This document shows positions 1 to 8,624 of a DNA stretch of 64,000 nucleotides, piece by piece. Location: assembly GCA_965205015.1 (NCBI GenBank), contig OZ242029.1:640001-704000 (forward strand), written 5' to 3'. Under the pieces are notes generated by a model that was not told the origin of the DNA, searched no databases, and was given only the letters and a program-made list of their open reading frames with translations. This DNA is from Candidatus Poribacteria bacterium (GTDB lineage: Bacteria > Poribacteria > WGA-4E > WGA-3G). The position numbers were made by a program, and so were the translations under genes. Positions within the stretch are counted from its first letter, which is position 1, and every line of letters starts with the position of its first letter.

Positions 1-177
1 TTTTAGACGAATCTTATTGAACCTACTCGGGCTTCCCAACCGTTGCATAGGCGGTTCGTTGAGGGGGGATCCTATTAGTCTTTCCATCGGGGTCTGTAGT
101 ACGATTCGGCGGGAAATTTCAGGACTGACCTCAACCGTATCGCCATCAATGACTCCTGTCACAACATAAGTTTGCAT
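1..177 (-). CDS. Thermonuclease (SNase-like) family protein, 5' part only, runs off the window
   Basis: Manual translation MQTYVVTGVIDGDTVEV...FNKIRLK has the V.DGDT and IRL motifs; SD AAGGAG upstream; not in the ORF track. Confidence 0.75.
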   Translation of the reverse strand, partial: MQTYVVTGVIDGDTVEVSPEISRRIVLQTPMERLIGSPLNEPPMQRLGSPSRFNKIRLK

Positions 178-181
178 GGTT

Positions 182-352
182 CTACTCCTTTTCTCGTTTG
201 CCAACTTCTTCGGCGATGATCGTACGATTGTTTTCACGTTTGTTTCGTTTGTTTCGGAAGGCATGCGGTGAGGCGGGGTTAAGTCTACCCGCTTTTTTAC
301 TACGTCCTTCGTTGCGCCAGTACCAGATTTTACGCATTTTCTTGCGTGGCAT
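182..352 (-). CDS. Small basic hypothetical protein, 56 aa
   Basis: MPRKKMRKIWYWRNEGRSKKAGRLNPASPHAFRNKRNKRENNRTIIAEEVGKREKE; SD GAGGTG; its 3' end carries the SD of the thermonuclease gene. Confidence 0.55.
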   Translation of the reverse strand: MPRKKMRKIWYWRNEGRSKKAGRLNPASPHAFRNKRNKRENNRTIIAEEVGKREKE

Positions 353-512
353 ACCATCACCTCTTTTTAAGGAAGTGTAACAGAAATTGCCGAAAAAAGG
401 TCAGTGTTTTTAGTGGCACTGTTGGTCCAGATATAAATACAACCCATATTCGTTAGGTATTTGCAGAAGGTTCCCGTTTCTTGACAAGTTCTCTCAGGTT
501 ATTCGCCTAAGT

Positions 513-541
513 ATTATACCATACAAAAGCCCAGCGGTCAA
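513..541 (-). promoter_or_regulatory. Sigma70-type promoter for the small ORF and thermonuclease
   Basis: TTGACC-17 nt-TATAAT with TG extension on the minus strand. Confidence 0.6.
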
Positions 542-568
542 AAGATATTCACGCGGAAAATTTATGTG

Positions 569-3500
569 CTACGCCTCCTCAGAAATTTCTAATTTTGACA
601 ACTGCTCAACAATCTCCACCGTATCTAAGCTCACACTGATGACTTTCTGGATCAGATCCACGATGTAGGTTTCATCATTCGCACGGTTTGGATTGTTCTC
701 AATACCGCTCCGTCTATCTGTTTTTACGCGATACTGATCGACCACCCACTCCAACGCTGAACGATTTCCTAACCGATATTGAAACGCCTCTGCAGGAATC
801 CCGTCTAACGTGAGAAAATCGTTGTATTTTATCTGTGTTTTGTCTTTGGAAAACCGCATCTGCTCTACACGCCACTCCAGGGACATCCCCTCAGTTTCAA
901 TCAGATCGAGTTTATATTTCGGCTGGTCTTCATAGTGGACATGGATTTCCGCTAACCGTTTTCCCGCTTCGACAAATTCCCAGAACGCTGCCGCAAATGG
1001 GATATGCGGCAAATCCCGCTTGAGGTTCGCCTGATAGTGCTCGCGATATGTAGGATGGTGCAGGAGCGCGTAGATATAGTGGAAAATGTCCCACTTGGTG
1101 ATTTTCTCGTCTCCGTAATGTTCTCGGAACTGCGTCAATGCCCAATCTGTGATGTTCTCTCGTCGGTTTGTGCCATCTTCGTCGTAGATATAGAAGGGAA
1201 AGCACTGTCCAGGCGAGCCAAAACCGCCTGTCACAATATGTCCAGGAATAAGATTACTCATAAGACAGGTGAACGGTTTTTCTGGTGTCATATTTACACA
1301 GATTACGCGATTTTCTTTTTCTGTATCAGGGGTCGGAAAGATACGCGGAAAGACAAAGACTCGTTGATTCAACATTCTATCAAAGAATAGATTCGTCTTC
1401 GTAAATGGTCTATAGAGATGCCGTCTGATTTTTGACAGGGTAAACTCAGCGGTATGTCCACCCTTTAGTTGTGATTTTAAGCCTGAACTCCAACTAATCT
1501 GCTTGTTATCATAACTCACAAAATCGTCCACATCTTCATCTGGATTCTCTCTCCGTTCCCAGTTGAACACCTGCGAATTGTAAAACTTGATTGTCCCCTG
1601 TATATTCTGGGCAAGAGTATCTTGATTGAAGTTAATGACCCATGCATCCCGATTCGTCTGAACCCCACTGCTAAATTGGTGGAAAATCACACCCGCAACC
1701 TCCCCCTTCTCTGCTTTTGCTTGTTTACTCCCTATCGGCAGGAAGGTCTCAAAATCCTCGCGAAGTCCCTCGGTGAGCCATGTATGTCGTGCATCGGGTT
1801 GAATCGTTTGCCAATTGACACCGCCGACGTGTTTACATGTGTCCAGAAATTCAAACGTTGTTTCTTTGTTCATCTCAGCGGTCTCGCCGTTGTAAAAAAT
1901 ACGGGCAGGTCCTTTACCGCCTTGATGCTTTTTCACAAACAGGTTGATGCTCACCCCCACCTGAATATCGAAGACATTGGAATTGCCTGCGTGACCTTTA
2001 CGGACGTTACCACCCAAATCCAAGAGATAGATCGCATCACACGCCTCAGCGAGGTGTTTCCGCATCCCGTCGAATGCCTGACCGGTGATAAAGTTATGGT
2101 TCGTTACAAATGCGACAATCCCTTCCCCTTCAATCCGATTCAATGCCCAGAAAATTGCTTTGACGTAGGGATCGTAGAGTGAAGTTTTGTTCGTCGCATT
2201 GGAGGCTTGAGCATACGTCTCCTGAATCTGTTTATCCAATACAGGATATTTCCGATTCCGGTTGGCATCGTTTTCATCCATCTGGCGCGCATTGTAGGGT
2301 GGATTTCCGATCACAACAAACATCTCGGTTTGCTTCTGTTTTTCGACCCGACGGGTATTCTCTGGTGCGAACATGGATAACTGGCGTTCCGTTGTCAAGT
2401 CAAAGGTGTCCACAAGACAGAGGTTATCGAAAGGCTGATACTGTTTCGTGGCAACGTAGAACTCATGCTCAATGTTCATACTCGCAATGTAATACGGCAT
2501 CAGTAAGACTTCATTGCAGTGGAGTTCATCGCTATATTTCGCTTTGAGTGCGGTTTTGCTGATTTCTTGTATGAGTCGCACGACGAAGTTGCCAGTGCCG
2601 ACGAATGGGTCGATGAGGTGAACCCCTGTATCCGAAAGTGAACGTCCAAACTCGGTTTCAAGGAGATGTGCAACGCTTTTTACCATGAAATTGACAATCG
2701 GCTGCGGCGTATAGACGATGCCGTGTGTATCCGCAACCTTGACAGAGAACCCTTGAAAAAACTGCTCGTATACGGTATTGAGGAAATGCTGTTTCTGCGA
2801 GAAGTCGATGAAGGTTGCGGCGGCACGTTCAATGGCACTGTAGAATGGGCTGAGTTCTCGGAGGAGTTCGGAGCGATTATAGGATTGCTGTATGAGGGCA
2901 TCAATCACATTTTCAATTTCACGTGCGATGATATTTCGGCGTGTGAAATCGGGATTGTCAAAAACGGTGCGGAAAATCCGCTCTGTTAAGAGATGTTGGA
3001 TGAGCATCTCCTCCACAGCAGATTTTGAGAGGTTCGGATTAATCGCCTCTTGACACTGGCGGCAAAAATCCGCAAACGCCTCCTGAAATCGTGCGTTGAT
3101 CTCCCCTTCGTTTTGGATGAGTGCTGCGGCGCGTTGTCCGAGTGCTGGCACTCTGTCTTTGAATTCAACAACGGCACGTTCCCAATTGGTAATATCTGTT
3201 TGTTCGTACCTGAAGAAGGTGTGAAGGGCTCGGATAAATGCTTCTGGGTCGGCGACGTCTACATCCATGACCTCTTGTCCATCTTGATAGAGGACGGCGC
3301 GTTCTTGGGTCGTAAAGAGAATGTTATCTTGTGGATAGTCTACATCGAATTTCTCTCTAATCACTGTAGGGAAGGGGTCGTGGAGGTCTTTCGCTTCCCA
3401 GTAGCCGCGTGGCAAGCCGAAGTCGTTATCGGTGAGCATCCCATCGACGTAAATCGTCCTGTTTTGGGGCGTTCGGAGCGATTTCTCACAGATAAGCGTT

Positions 3501-3646
3501 AGATTATTTTGCCGGGCATAGTATTGGAGGAGCGTTGCAAAAGCGAGTCGGATTTCGGTTTCATTTGTCGCGCCAAGGCTTTCGTATTGTTTGAGTTCGG
3601 CGTAAAAGGCTTTTATCGGTTTGTGCGTCGGCTTGATGTCTCGCAT
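569..3646 (-). CDS. Single-polypeptide restriction-modification enzyme (N6-adenine MTase, type ISP-like C-terminal specificity domain, no helicase; type IIG/IIL-like)
   Basis: N-terminal VDG...WEAK nuclease motif; GIVYTP; motif I DPFVGTGNF; motif IV IGNPPY; C-terminal YRPF / Y.YALLH..YR..Y...L...LP.IP. Confidence 0.85.
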   Translation of the reverse strand: MRDIKPTHKPIKAFYAELKQYESLGATNETEIRLAFATLLQYYARQNNLTLICEKSLRTPQNRTIYVDGMLTDNDFGLPRGYWEAKDLHDPFPTVIREKFDVDYPQDNILFTTQERAVLYQDGQEVMDVDVADPEAFIRALHTFFRYEQTDITNWERAVVEFKDRVPALGQRAAALIQNEGEINARFQEAFADFCRQCQEAINPNLSKSAVEEMLIQHLLTERIFRTVFDNPDFTRRNIIAREIENVIDALIQQSYNRSELLRELSPFYSAIERAAATFIDFSQKQHFLNTVYEQFFQGFSVKVADTHGIVYTPQPIVNFMVKSVAHLLETEFGRSLSDTGVHLIDPFVGTGNFVVRLIQEISKTALKAKYSDELHCNEVLLMPYYIASMNIEHEFYVATKQYQPFDNLCLVDTFDLTTERQLSMFAPENTRRVEKQKQTEMFVVIGNPPYNARQMDENDANRNRKYPVLDKQIQETYAQASNATNKTSLYDPYVKAIFWALNRIEGEGIVAFVTNHNFITGQAFDGMRKHLAEACDAIYLLDLGGNVRKGHAGNSNVFDIQVGVSINLFVKKHQGGKGPARIFYNGETAEMNKETTFEFLDTCKHVGGVNWQTIQPDARHTWLTEGLREDFETFLPIGSKQAKAEKGEVAGVIFHQFSSGVQTNRDAWVINFNQDTLAQNIQGTIKFYNSQVFNWERRENPDEDVDDFVSYDNKQISWSSGLKSQLKGGHTAEFTLSKIRRHLYRPFTKTNLFFDRMLNQRVFVFPRIFPTPDTEKENRVICVNMTPEKPFTCLMSNLIPGHIVTGGFGSPGQCFPFYIYDEDGTNRRENITDWALTQFREHYGDEKITKWDIFHYIYALLHHPTYREHYQANLKRDLPHIPFAAAFWEFVEAGKRLAEIHVHYEDQPKYKLDLIETEGMSLEWRVEQMRFSKDKTQIKYNDFLTLDGIPAEAFQYRLGNRSALEWVVDQYRVKTDRRSGIENNPNRANDETYIVDLIQKVISVSLDTVEIVEQLSKLEISEEA

Positions 3647-3685
3647 CCTCGTGTTGTCTCCCTAATTCATCAATTTATGTGAAGT

Positions 3686-3714
3686 ATTGTAGATCAGTTC
3701 GCAGTAGATTGCAA
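3686..3714 (-). promoter_or_regulatory. Sigma70-type promoter for the R-M gene
   Basis: TTGCAA-17 nt-TACAAT. Confidence 0.5.
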
Positions 3715-3889
3715 GTGAAATTATTGATCCAAAAATTGAAAACCATGATGGATCCTAAACATAAGTAGACATCTTGTAGGGGGTTTTTGCTGGGGTGTTT
3801 CCTTAGGTCTTGTACCTGCCCACTCACAGCGTCCGCTCCTTAATTGTGGGATTTACCATAAATAGCCCTAATTAGTGATATATAATCCT

Positions 3890-3918
3890 TTGACAGAAAA
3901 TCGCTTCTGTAGTATAAT
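3890..3918 (+). promoter_or_regulatory. Consensus sigma70 promoter for the GT2 gene and downstream genes
   Basis: Perfect TTGACA-17 nt-TATAAT. Confidence 0.75.
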
Positions 3919-3929
3919 AATTGAGAAAT

Positions 3930-4592
3930 ATGAAAATATGTCTGCTGCTACCGGCTTACAACGAATCTAAAACAATTGGACAGATAATTCAGGAATCCTC
4001 TGCGTTTATCAGTGATATTGTTGTCATTGACGACGGTTCATCAGATGAAACAGCAGAGATCGCAGCTGCGTGCGGGGCAGTCTGTTTGACAAACCCGACG
4101 AACCGTGGGAAAGGGAACGCCTTACGAAAAGGGTTTGCCTATGCCCTCGAACACAGATATGAGTCGGTTTTCACGATGGATAGCGATGGGCAACATCAGC
4201 CTGCGGATATACCCCGTTTCTTGGAACACTTTGACGATACACGTCCGGACATACTCATAGGGGCAAGGGAAACCCAGGATTTTCGGACATCCATGCCGCT
4301 TCACAGACGGATGAATAACTGCTTCATTTCTTATGTCGGTTCAAAGTTGTGTGGGCAACGGGTGCCAGATTTTCAATCGGGATATCGGCTGATTCGTGCT
4401 GAAGTCCTGCGACAGGTTCATTTGGAGACAGAGCGTTACGAAACGGAATCGGAACTCCTGATAAAAGCAGGACGACTCGGGTTCCGAATCGAAAGTTTAC
4501 CGATTCAGACCCGTTACGGCGACGAGGTCAGCCATATCAAACCGCTTCGAGAGATATGGCTCTTTACAAAGTTGTTGCTTCGTAGTTTATGA
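3930..4592 (+). CDS. GT2 glycosyltransferase, DPM1-like
   Basis: PAYNE, IDDGSSD, NRGKG, MDSDGQH, DFQSGYR motifs; ATG 3930 preferred over TTG 3921, which lies too close to the -10 box. Confidence 0.9.
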   Translation: MKICLLLPAYNESKTIGQIIQESSAFISDIVVIDDGSSDETAEIAAACGAVCLTNPTNRGKGNALRKGFAYALEHRYESVFTMDSDGQHQPADIPRFLEHFDDTRPDILIGARETQDFRTSMPLHRRMNNCFISYVGSKLCGQRVPDFQSGYRLIRAEVLRQVHLETERYETESELLIKAGRLGFRIESLPIQTRYGDEVSHIKPLREIWLFTKLLLRSL

Positions 4593-4622
4593 GGAGATGA
4601 CCAGGGCCCATAGTTAAAAAAA

Positions 4623-5654
4623 ATGGATTCACTTCGGCTCTTTATTAACGGTTTTCTGATAGGCATCGCCAACATCATTCCCGGTATGAGTGGCGGGACG
4701 CTTGCCCTCGTTTTAGGTATCTATGAACGGCTCATCGGTGCATTACGGCGCATCGGGCTTTCAACGGTAAAAAAACTGCTCAGAGGTGCGACTTTAAGAA
4801 AAAATGCCCTTGCCGAAGCACGGGCAGAACTCCGGCGAATTGATTTCGGCTTTCTGGCACTCTTAGGAATCGGTGCGATAGTCGCTGTCCTGCTCACATC
4901 AAAACTGATTGTTTATCTGCTGAACCATCATCACGACGCGACTTACGGTTTCTTTAGCGGATTAATTCTAATCTCTATCCTGATACCGATCCGTATGCTA
5001 AAGGCATTCGGTTGGAAAGAACTGTTAGTACTATTGATTGCTGTCGCATTGATATTGAGCCTGTCTATCGGTACGACAGAAAAGCAGTTAGATCGAGTTG
5101 CATATAAATCTGGGGTAGAAACAACGGCAGGTAGCGAGATCTCCGAAGGCGGAACTGGGCTGCCAACGTACTGGGAACTCGTCCTCTTTTTCGGAAGTGG
5201 TGCCTTGGCGATTTCAGCGATGATCTTGCCCGGTATCAGCGGCTCGTTCCTGATGCTTGCGCTCGGGGTCTACTTCCCCCTTTTGACGGCGATCAACACA
5301 GCGTTAGAGGGTATCCCAGGATTGCTGAAAGGGATTTTCGAGGCATCGCTGCTGGGAAGTTTACTCATCATCGGTTTCACAACAGTTGGGTGCTTGTTCG
5401 GACTCTTAGCATTTACACGATTGCTCAACTATCTGCTGGAACGCTATCGTAACTTAACAATCAGTTTTCTCATTGGACTGATGGTGGGTTCACTCTACGG
5501 GTTATGGCCCTTCCGCGAGTTCGCAATGGTAGATGGGGAACGGATAGACACGGCTCACATCTTACCGCACCTTGATATGAACCTGCTTCTCACTACGGCG
5601 GCTTTTCTTATCGGTTGCGGTGTTATATATTTATTTACGCGCCTGGAGAATTAA
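4623..5654 (+). CDS. DUF368 membrane protein (putative undecaprenyl-phosphate translocase)
   Basis: ANIIPGMSGGT and AMILPGISGS duplicated motifs; multi-TM. Confidence 0.9.
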   Translation: MDSLRLFINGFLIGIANIIPGMSGGTLALVLGIYERLIGALRRIGLSTVKKLLRGATLRKNALAEARAELRRIDFGFLALLGIGAIVAVLLTSKLIVYLLNHHHDATYGFFSGLILISILIPIRMLKAFGWKELLVLLIAVALILSLSIGTTEKQLDRVAYKSGVETTAGSEISEGGTGLPTYWELVLFFGSGALAISAMILPGISGSFLMLALGVYFPLLTAINTALEGIPGLLKGIFEASLLGSLLIIGFTTVGCLFGLLAFTRLLNYLLERYRNLTISFLIGLMVGSLYGLWPFREFAMVDGERIDTAHILPHLDMNLLLTTAAFLIGCGVIYLFTRLEN

Positions 5655-5659
5655 ATGTA

Positions 5660-5772
5660 ATGGTTGTCGGTCTCCGGTTATTGGTTTTCGGTAGGGCGTG
5701 TGGCGGTTACAAAGTTTTGCCTGCCACAAACCGCTTTCAACCGACAACTGACAATTGACAACTGATAACCAT
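5660..5772. repeat. Repeat family A (palindromic element with heptamer arms)
   Basis: ATGGTTGTCGG...(ACTGACA/ACTGATA)n...GATAACCAT inverted arms. Confidence 0.8.
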
Positions 5773-5779
5773 AAAAACA

Positions 5780-6697
5780 ATGAAAAAAATCAAGAACGTC
5801 GGTTTATTTGTCAATACGACCAAAGCCAACGCGTCGGGGGTCGTCGAAGGCGTGTCTGCGTGGCTCCAAGAGCGAGGTATTGTCCCACTGCTACCAAAAG
5901 AGCAAGCGATTGAGTTGGGATGTCCGCGAACCGGTATTTCCAAAACAGAGGTCGTAGAGCAAGCAGATGTACTTCTCGTGCTTGGTGGCGATGGAACGCT
6001 CCTGAGCGCAGCACATACACCGAAAATTGAAAATGTGCCTATCTTAGCAATTAACATCGGAACACTTGGATTTTTGACGGACGCCTCGCTTGATGAACTC
6101 TACCCGACACTGAACGCGCTTTTGACAGGGGCTTATCGGATAGAACATCGGATGATGTTGGAAGTTATTGTAAACAGTCAAGTCCAAACTGATCCGACCG
6201 AACCGCAAGGCAAATTTAAAAAACCTTTTCAGGCTTTCGCGCTCAACGATGTTGTGATTCGGCACTACACACATCTTATCGAATTAGATGCTTACGTCGA
6301 TGGAGAACTCTTTATACCGTATAACGCCGATGGACTCATTATCGCGACGCCGAGCGGATCGACCGGATATTCGCTCTCCTGCGCGGGCACGATCGTCACA
6401 CCACAATTGGAGGCGATCCTGCTGACACCCATCGCACCTCATAGCTTGACAGTGCGTCCCTTCATCGCCGATGGCGCTGCGGAAATAACCGTCAAAATGC
6501 GTGCGGACTATCAGAGTGTAGATGTTTTTGTAGATGGACAACGTGAAACCCATAGTCTTACTGCGGGAGCAGTCATAAGGGTGAAAAAAGCGGAACGGAC
6601 GATTCAACTCATCCGTTCGCAGCACCATAGTTATTACAGAGCCTTGCGTGAAAAATTAATGTATGGCTATCAGCCATCGGCTATCAGTCGTCGGTAA
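5780..6697 (+). CDS. nadK: NAD kinase
   Basis: LGGDGT, GTLGFL, ALND, ADGLIIATPSGSTGYSLS motifs; next to recN. Confidence 0.95.
   Translation: MKKIKNVGLFVNTTKANASGVVEGVSAWLQERGIVPLLPKEQAIELGCPRTGISKTEVVEQADVLLVLGGDGTLLSAAHTPKIENVPILAINIGTLGFLTDASLDELYPTLNALLTGAYRIEHRMMLEVIVNSQVQTDPTEPQGKFKKPFQAFALNDVVIRHYTHLIELDAYVDGELFIPYNADGLIIATPSGSTGYSLSCAGTIVTPQLEAILLTPIAPHSLTVRPFIADGAAEITVKMRADYQSVDVFVDGQRETHSLTAGAVIRVKKAERTIQLIRSQHHSYYRALREKLMYGYQPSAISRR
6195..6223 (+). repeat. Repeat family B 3' fragment inside nadK
   Basis: CGACCGAACCGCAAGGCAAATTTAAAAAA matches the copy at 41772-41807. Confidence 0.65.
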
Positions 6698-6772
6698 AGA
6701 AAGCGGTTTTCAATGAACCCACATCCGCTTGCTGACTGCTATTCTGCTAATCTATGCTACAAACTGGCAACT
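6663..6772. repeat. Repeat family A overlapping the nadK 3' end
   Basis: ATGGCTATCAGCCATCGGCTATCAGTCGTCGG...GCTGACTGCTAT; right boundary approximate. Confidence 0.75.
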
Positions 6773-6778
6773 TAGGTT

Positions 6779-8527
6779 ATGATAGACACACTCTCTATCC
6801 GCAACATTGCCCTCATAGATGAACTTGATTTGGAACTGGCGCCAGGCCTGAACATTTTCACGGGTGAGACGGGCGCTGGTAAGTCGGTTATCCTCAGGTC
6901 GATCGGATTGGTACTCGGTGAGAGAGCCTCCGCTGATATTGTCCGAGAAGACGCTGATTTCGCGGAAGTAGAGGCGAGCGTCATCCCTGACGATGAACAC
7001 CCGATCTGGCAGACAAACGGGGACGAAGCTACCGATACTCCGTTGAAAGGTGCCGTTAGCGATGTATTGGATCCGTCAGACGCCGTGATCCTCTCCAGAA
7101 GAATCACCGCCAACGGTAGAAGTCGTTGCCAAATCAACGGACGCTTGGTGAATTTGAAGCAGCTGCAAGCACTCGGAACATTCCTTGTAGATATCCACGG
7201 TCAACACGAACATCAATCGCTGTTTAGAACACAAACACACCTTAAACTTTTAGACGATTTCGGTGGCAACAGTGACGCGCAACGACACATTGGTAACATA
7301 TATGCTCAACTACGCGCCTTGCAACAAGAAGCCGCGTCCCTCACGGAGACCTTGAAAGCATCGGAACGGGAGAAGGAACTCCTTGAATTTGAAATCAAAG
7401 AACTGACCTCGGCAAATTTGGAGGAAGGTGAGGACGAAAAATTGGCGGATGAAGCGCGGATCCTGAAGAACGCGGAGGCGTTGCGCAAATCCGCAAACTA
7501 CGTGTATCAACAACTTGATAGCGGCAGTTCTGAGATCGGAAGTTACAGCAGTCCCCTTGAACGCTTGAGAGATGCCGCAAAGGAACTGATAAAATTGTCC
7601 GAAATCGATGAGAGCCTTTCGGAATTGGGAGATCGGTTGGAATCATCGCTTTACGAACTGGAGGACATCGCTTCACAGGTCGCTCACTACGCGGAAACGA
7701 TCGAATCTAACACAATGCGGTTGGATGAAGTGACCGATCGGTTGGCGCTGATAGCGAAACTCAAACGGCGTTACGGGAACTCCATTCCAGAGATACTGAC
7801 GTATCATGCCGAGGCAGAGGAAAAATTAGAGACGTTACACCTCGGTACAGAGAAACAGGATGTGCTACAAACGGAGATCCACAAAACGATTCAAGAAGCA
7901 CAGCGTCTATGCACCGCGCTCTCCGCGAAACGACAGCATGTTGCGAAACATCTTTCAGAACGGATCCAGAAGGAGTTACGCACCCTCGGTATGGACAAAG
8001 CGAAATTTCATGCGTCCGTTCAGCATATACCGGATGACCGGGGTCCGTTTCAGATGGACGGAAAACGCTATGCCTTCCGCGCGGACGGGATGGATGCTGT
8101 AGAATTCCTAATTGCGCCGAATATAGGCTCCGAAGCGCGTCCGATCGCCCGAATCGCATCAGGTGGTGAGATCTCGCGTATCATGCTCGCGTTAAAGACA
8201 GTGCTCGTTCAAGTTGATGAGATTCCGACACTGCTCTTTGACGAAATCGACAGCGGTATTGGCGGCAAAGTGGCAGACGTCGTTGGCAAAAAGTTGAAGG
8301 AACTCTCAGCATTCTCACAGGTTATTTGCATCACACATTTGCCTCAGATTGCCCGCTTTGCAGATAGACATTTTCGGGTAGAAAAGCAGGTGATTGGGGA
8401 GCGGACACTGATTACGGCGAAATCGTTGACTGCAGAAGAACAGGTTAATGAAATCGCCCGAATGCACGGCGGCAAAGAGACCAAAATAGGACTCGCACAT
8501 GCACGAGAGTTATTGTCTGAGAAATAG
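6779..8527 (+). CDS. recN: DNA repair protein RecN
   Basis: TGETGAGKS, DIHGQHEHQSL, ASGGEISR, FDEIDSGIGG, ITHLPQIA. Confidence 0.97.
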   Translation: MIDTLSIRNIALIDELDLELAPGLNIFTGETGAGKSVILRSIGLVLGERASADIVREDADFAEVEASVIPDDEHPIWQTNGDEATDTPLKGAVSDVLDPSDAVILSRRITANGRSRCQINGRLVNLKQLQALGTFLVDIHGQHEHQSLFRTQTHLKLLDDFGGNSDAQRHIGNIYAQLRALQQEAASLTETLKASEREKELLEFEIKELTSANLEEGEDEKLADEARILKNAEALRKSANYVYQQLDSGSSEIGSYSSPLERLRDAAKELIKLSEIDESLSELGDRLESSLYELEDIASQVAHYAETIESNTMRLDEVTDRLALIAKLKRRYGNSIPEILTYHAEAEEKLETLHLGTEKQDVLQTEIHKTIQEAQRLCTALSAKRQHVAKHLSERIQKELRTLGMDKAKFHASVQHIPDDRGPFQMDGKRYAFRADGMDAVEFLIAPNIGSEARPIARIASGGEISRIMLALKTVLVQVDEIPTLLFDEIDSGIGGKVADVVGKKLKELSAFSQVICITHLPQIARFADRHFRVEKQVIGERTLITAKSLTAEEQVNEIARMHGGKETKIGLAHARELLSEK

Positions 8528-8532
8528 GGAGA

Positions 8533-8617
8533 ATCGTTGTCAGTCGTCAGTTGTCGGTTAAGAGGTTCTCGTTTAACCAGATCCCTCTTTAACTGATAAC
8601 CGATAACCGACAACCAT
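8533..8617. repeat. Repeat family A
   Basis: ATCGTTGTCAGTCGTCAGTTGTCGGTTAAGAGG...CCTCTTTAACTGATAACCGATAACCGACAACCAT. Confidence 0.85.
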
Positions 8618-8624
8618 AAAAAAA

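Noticed and set aside
198-380. 60-aa + strand ORF
   Set aside because: Antisense shadow of the better supported minus-strand ORF 182-352
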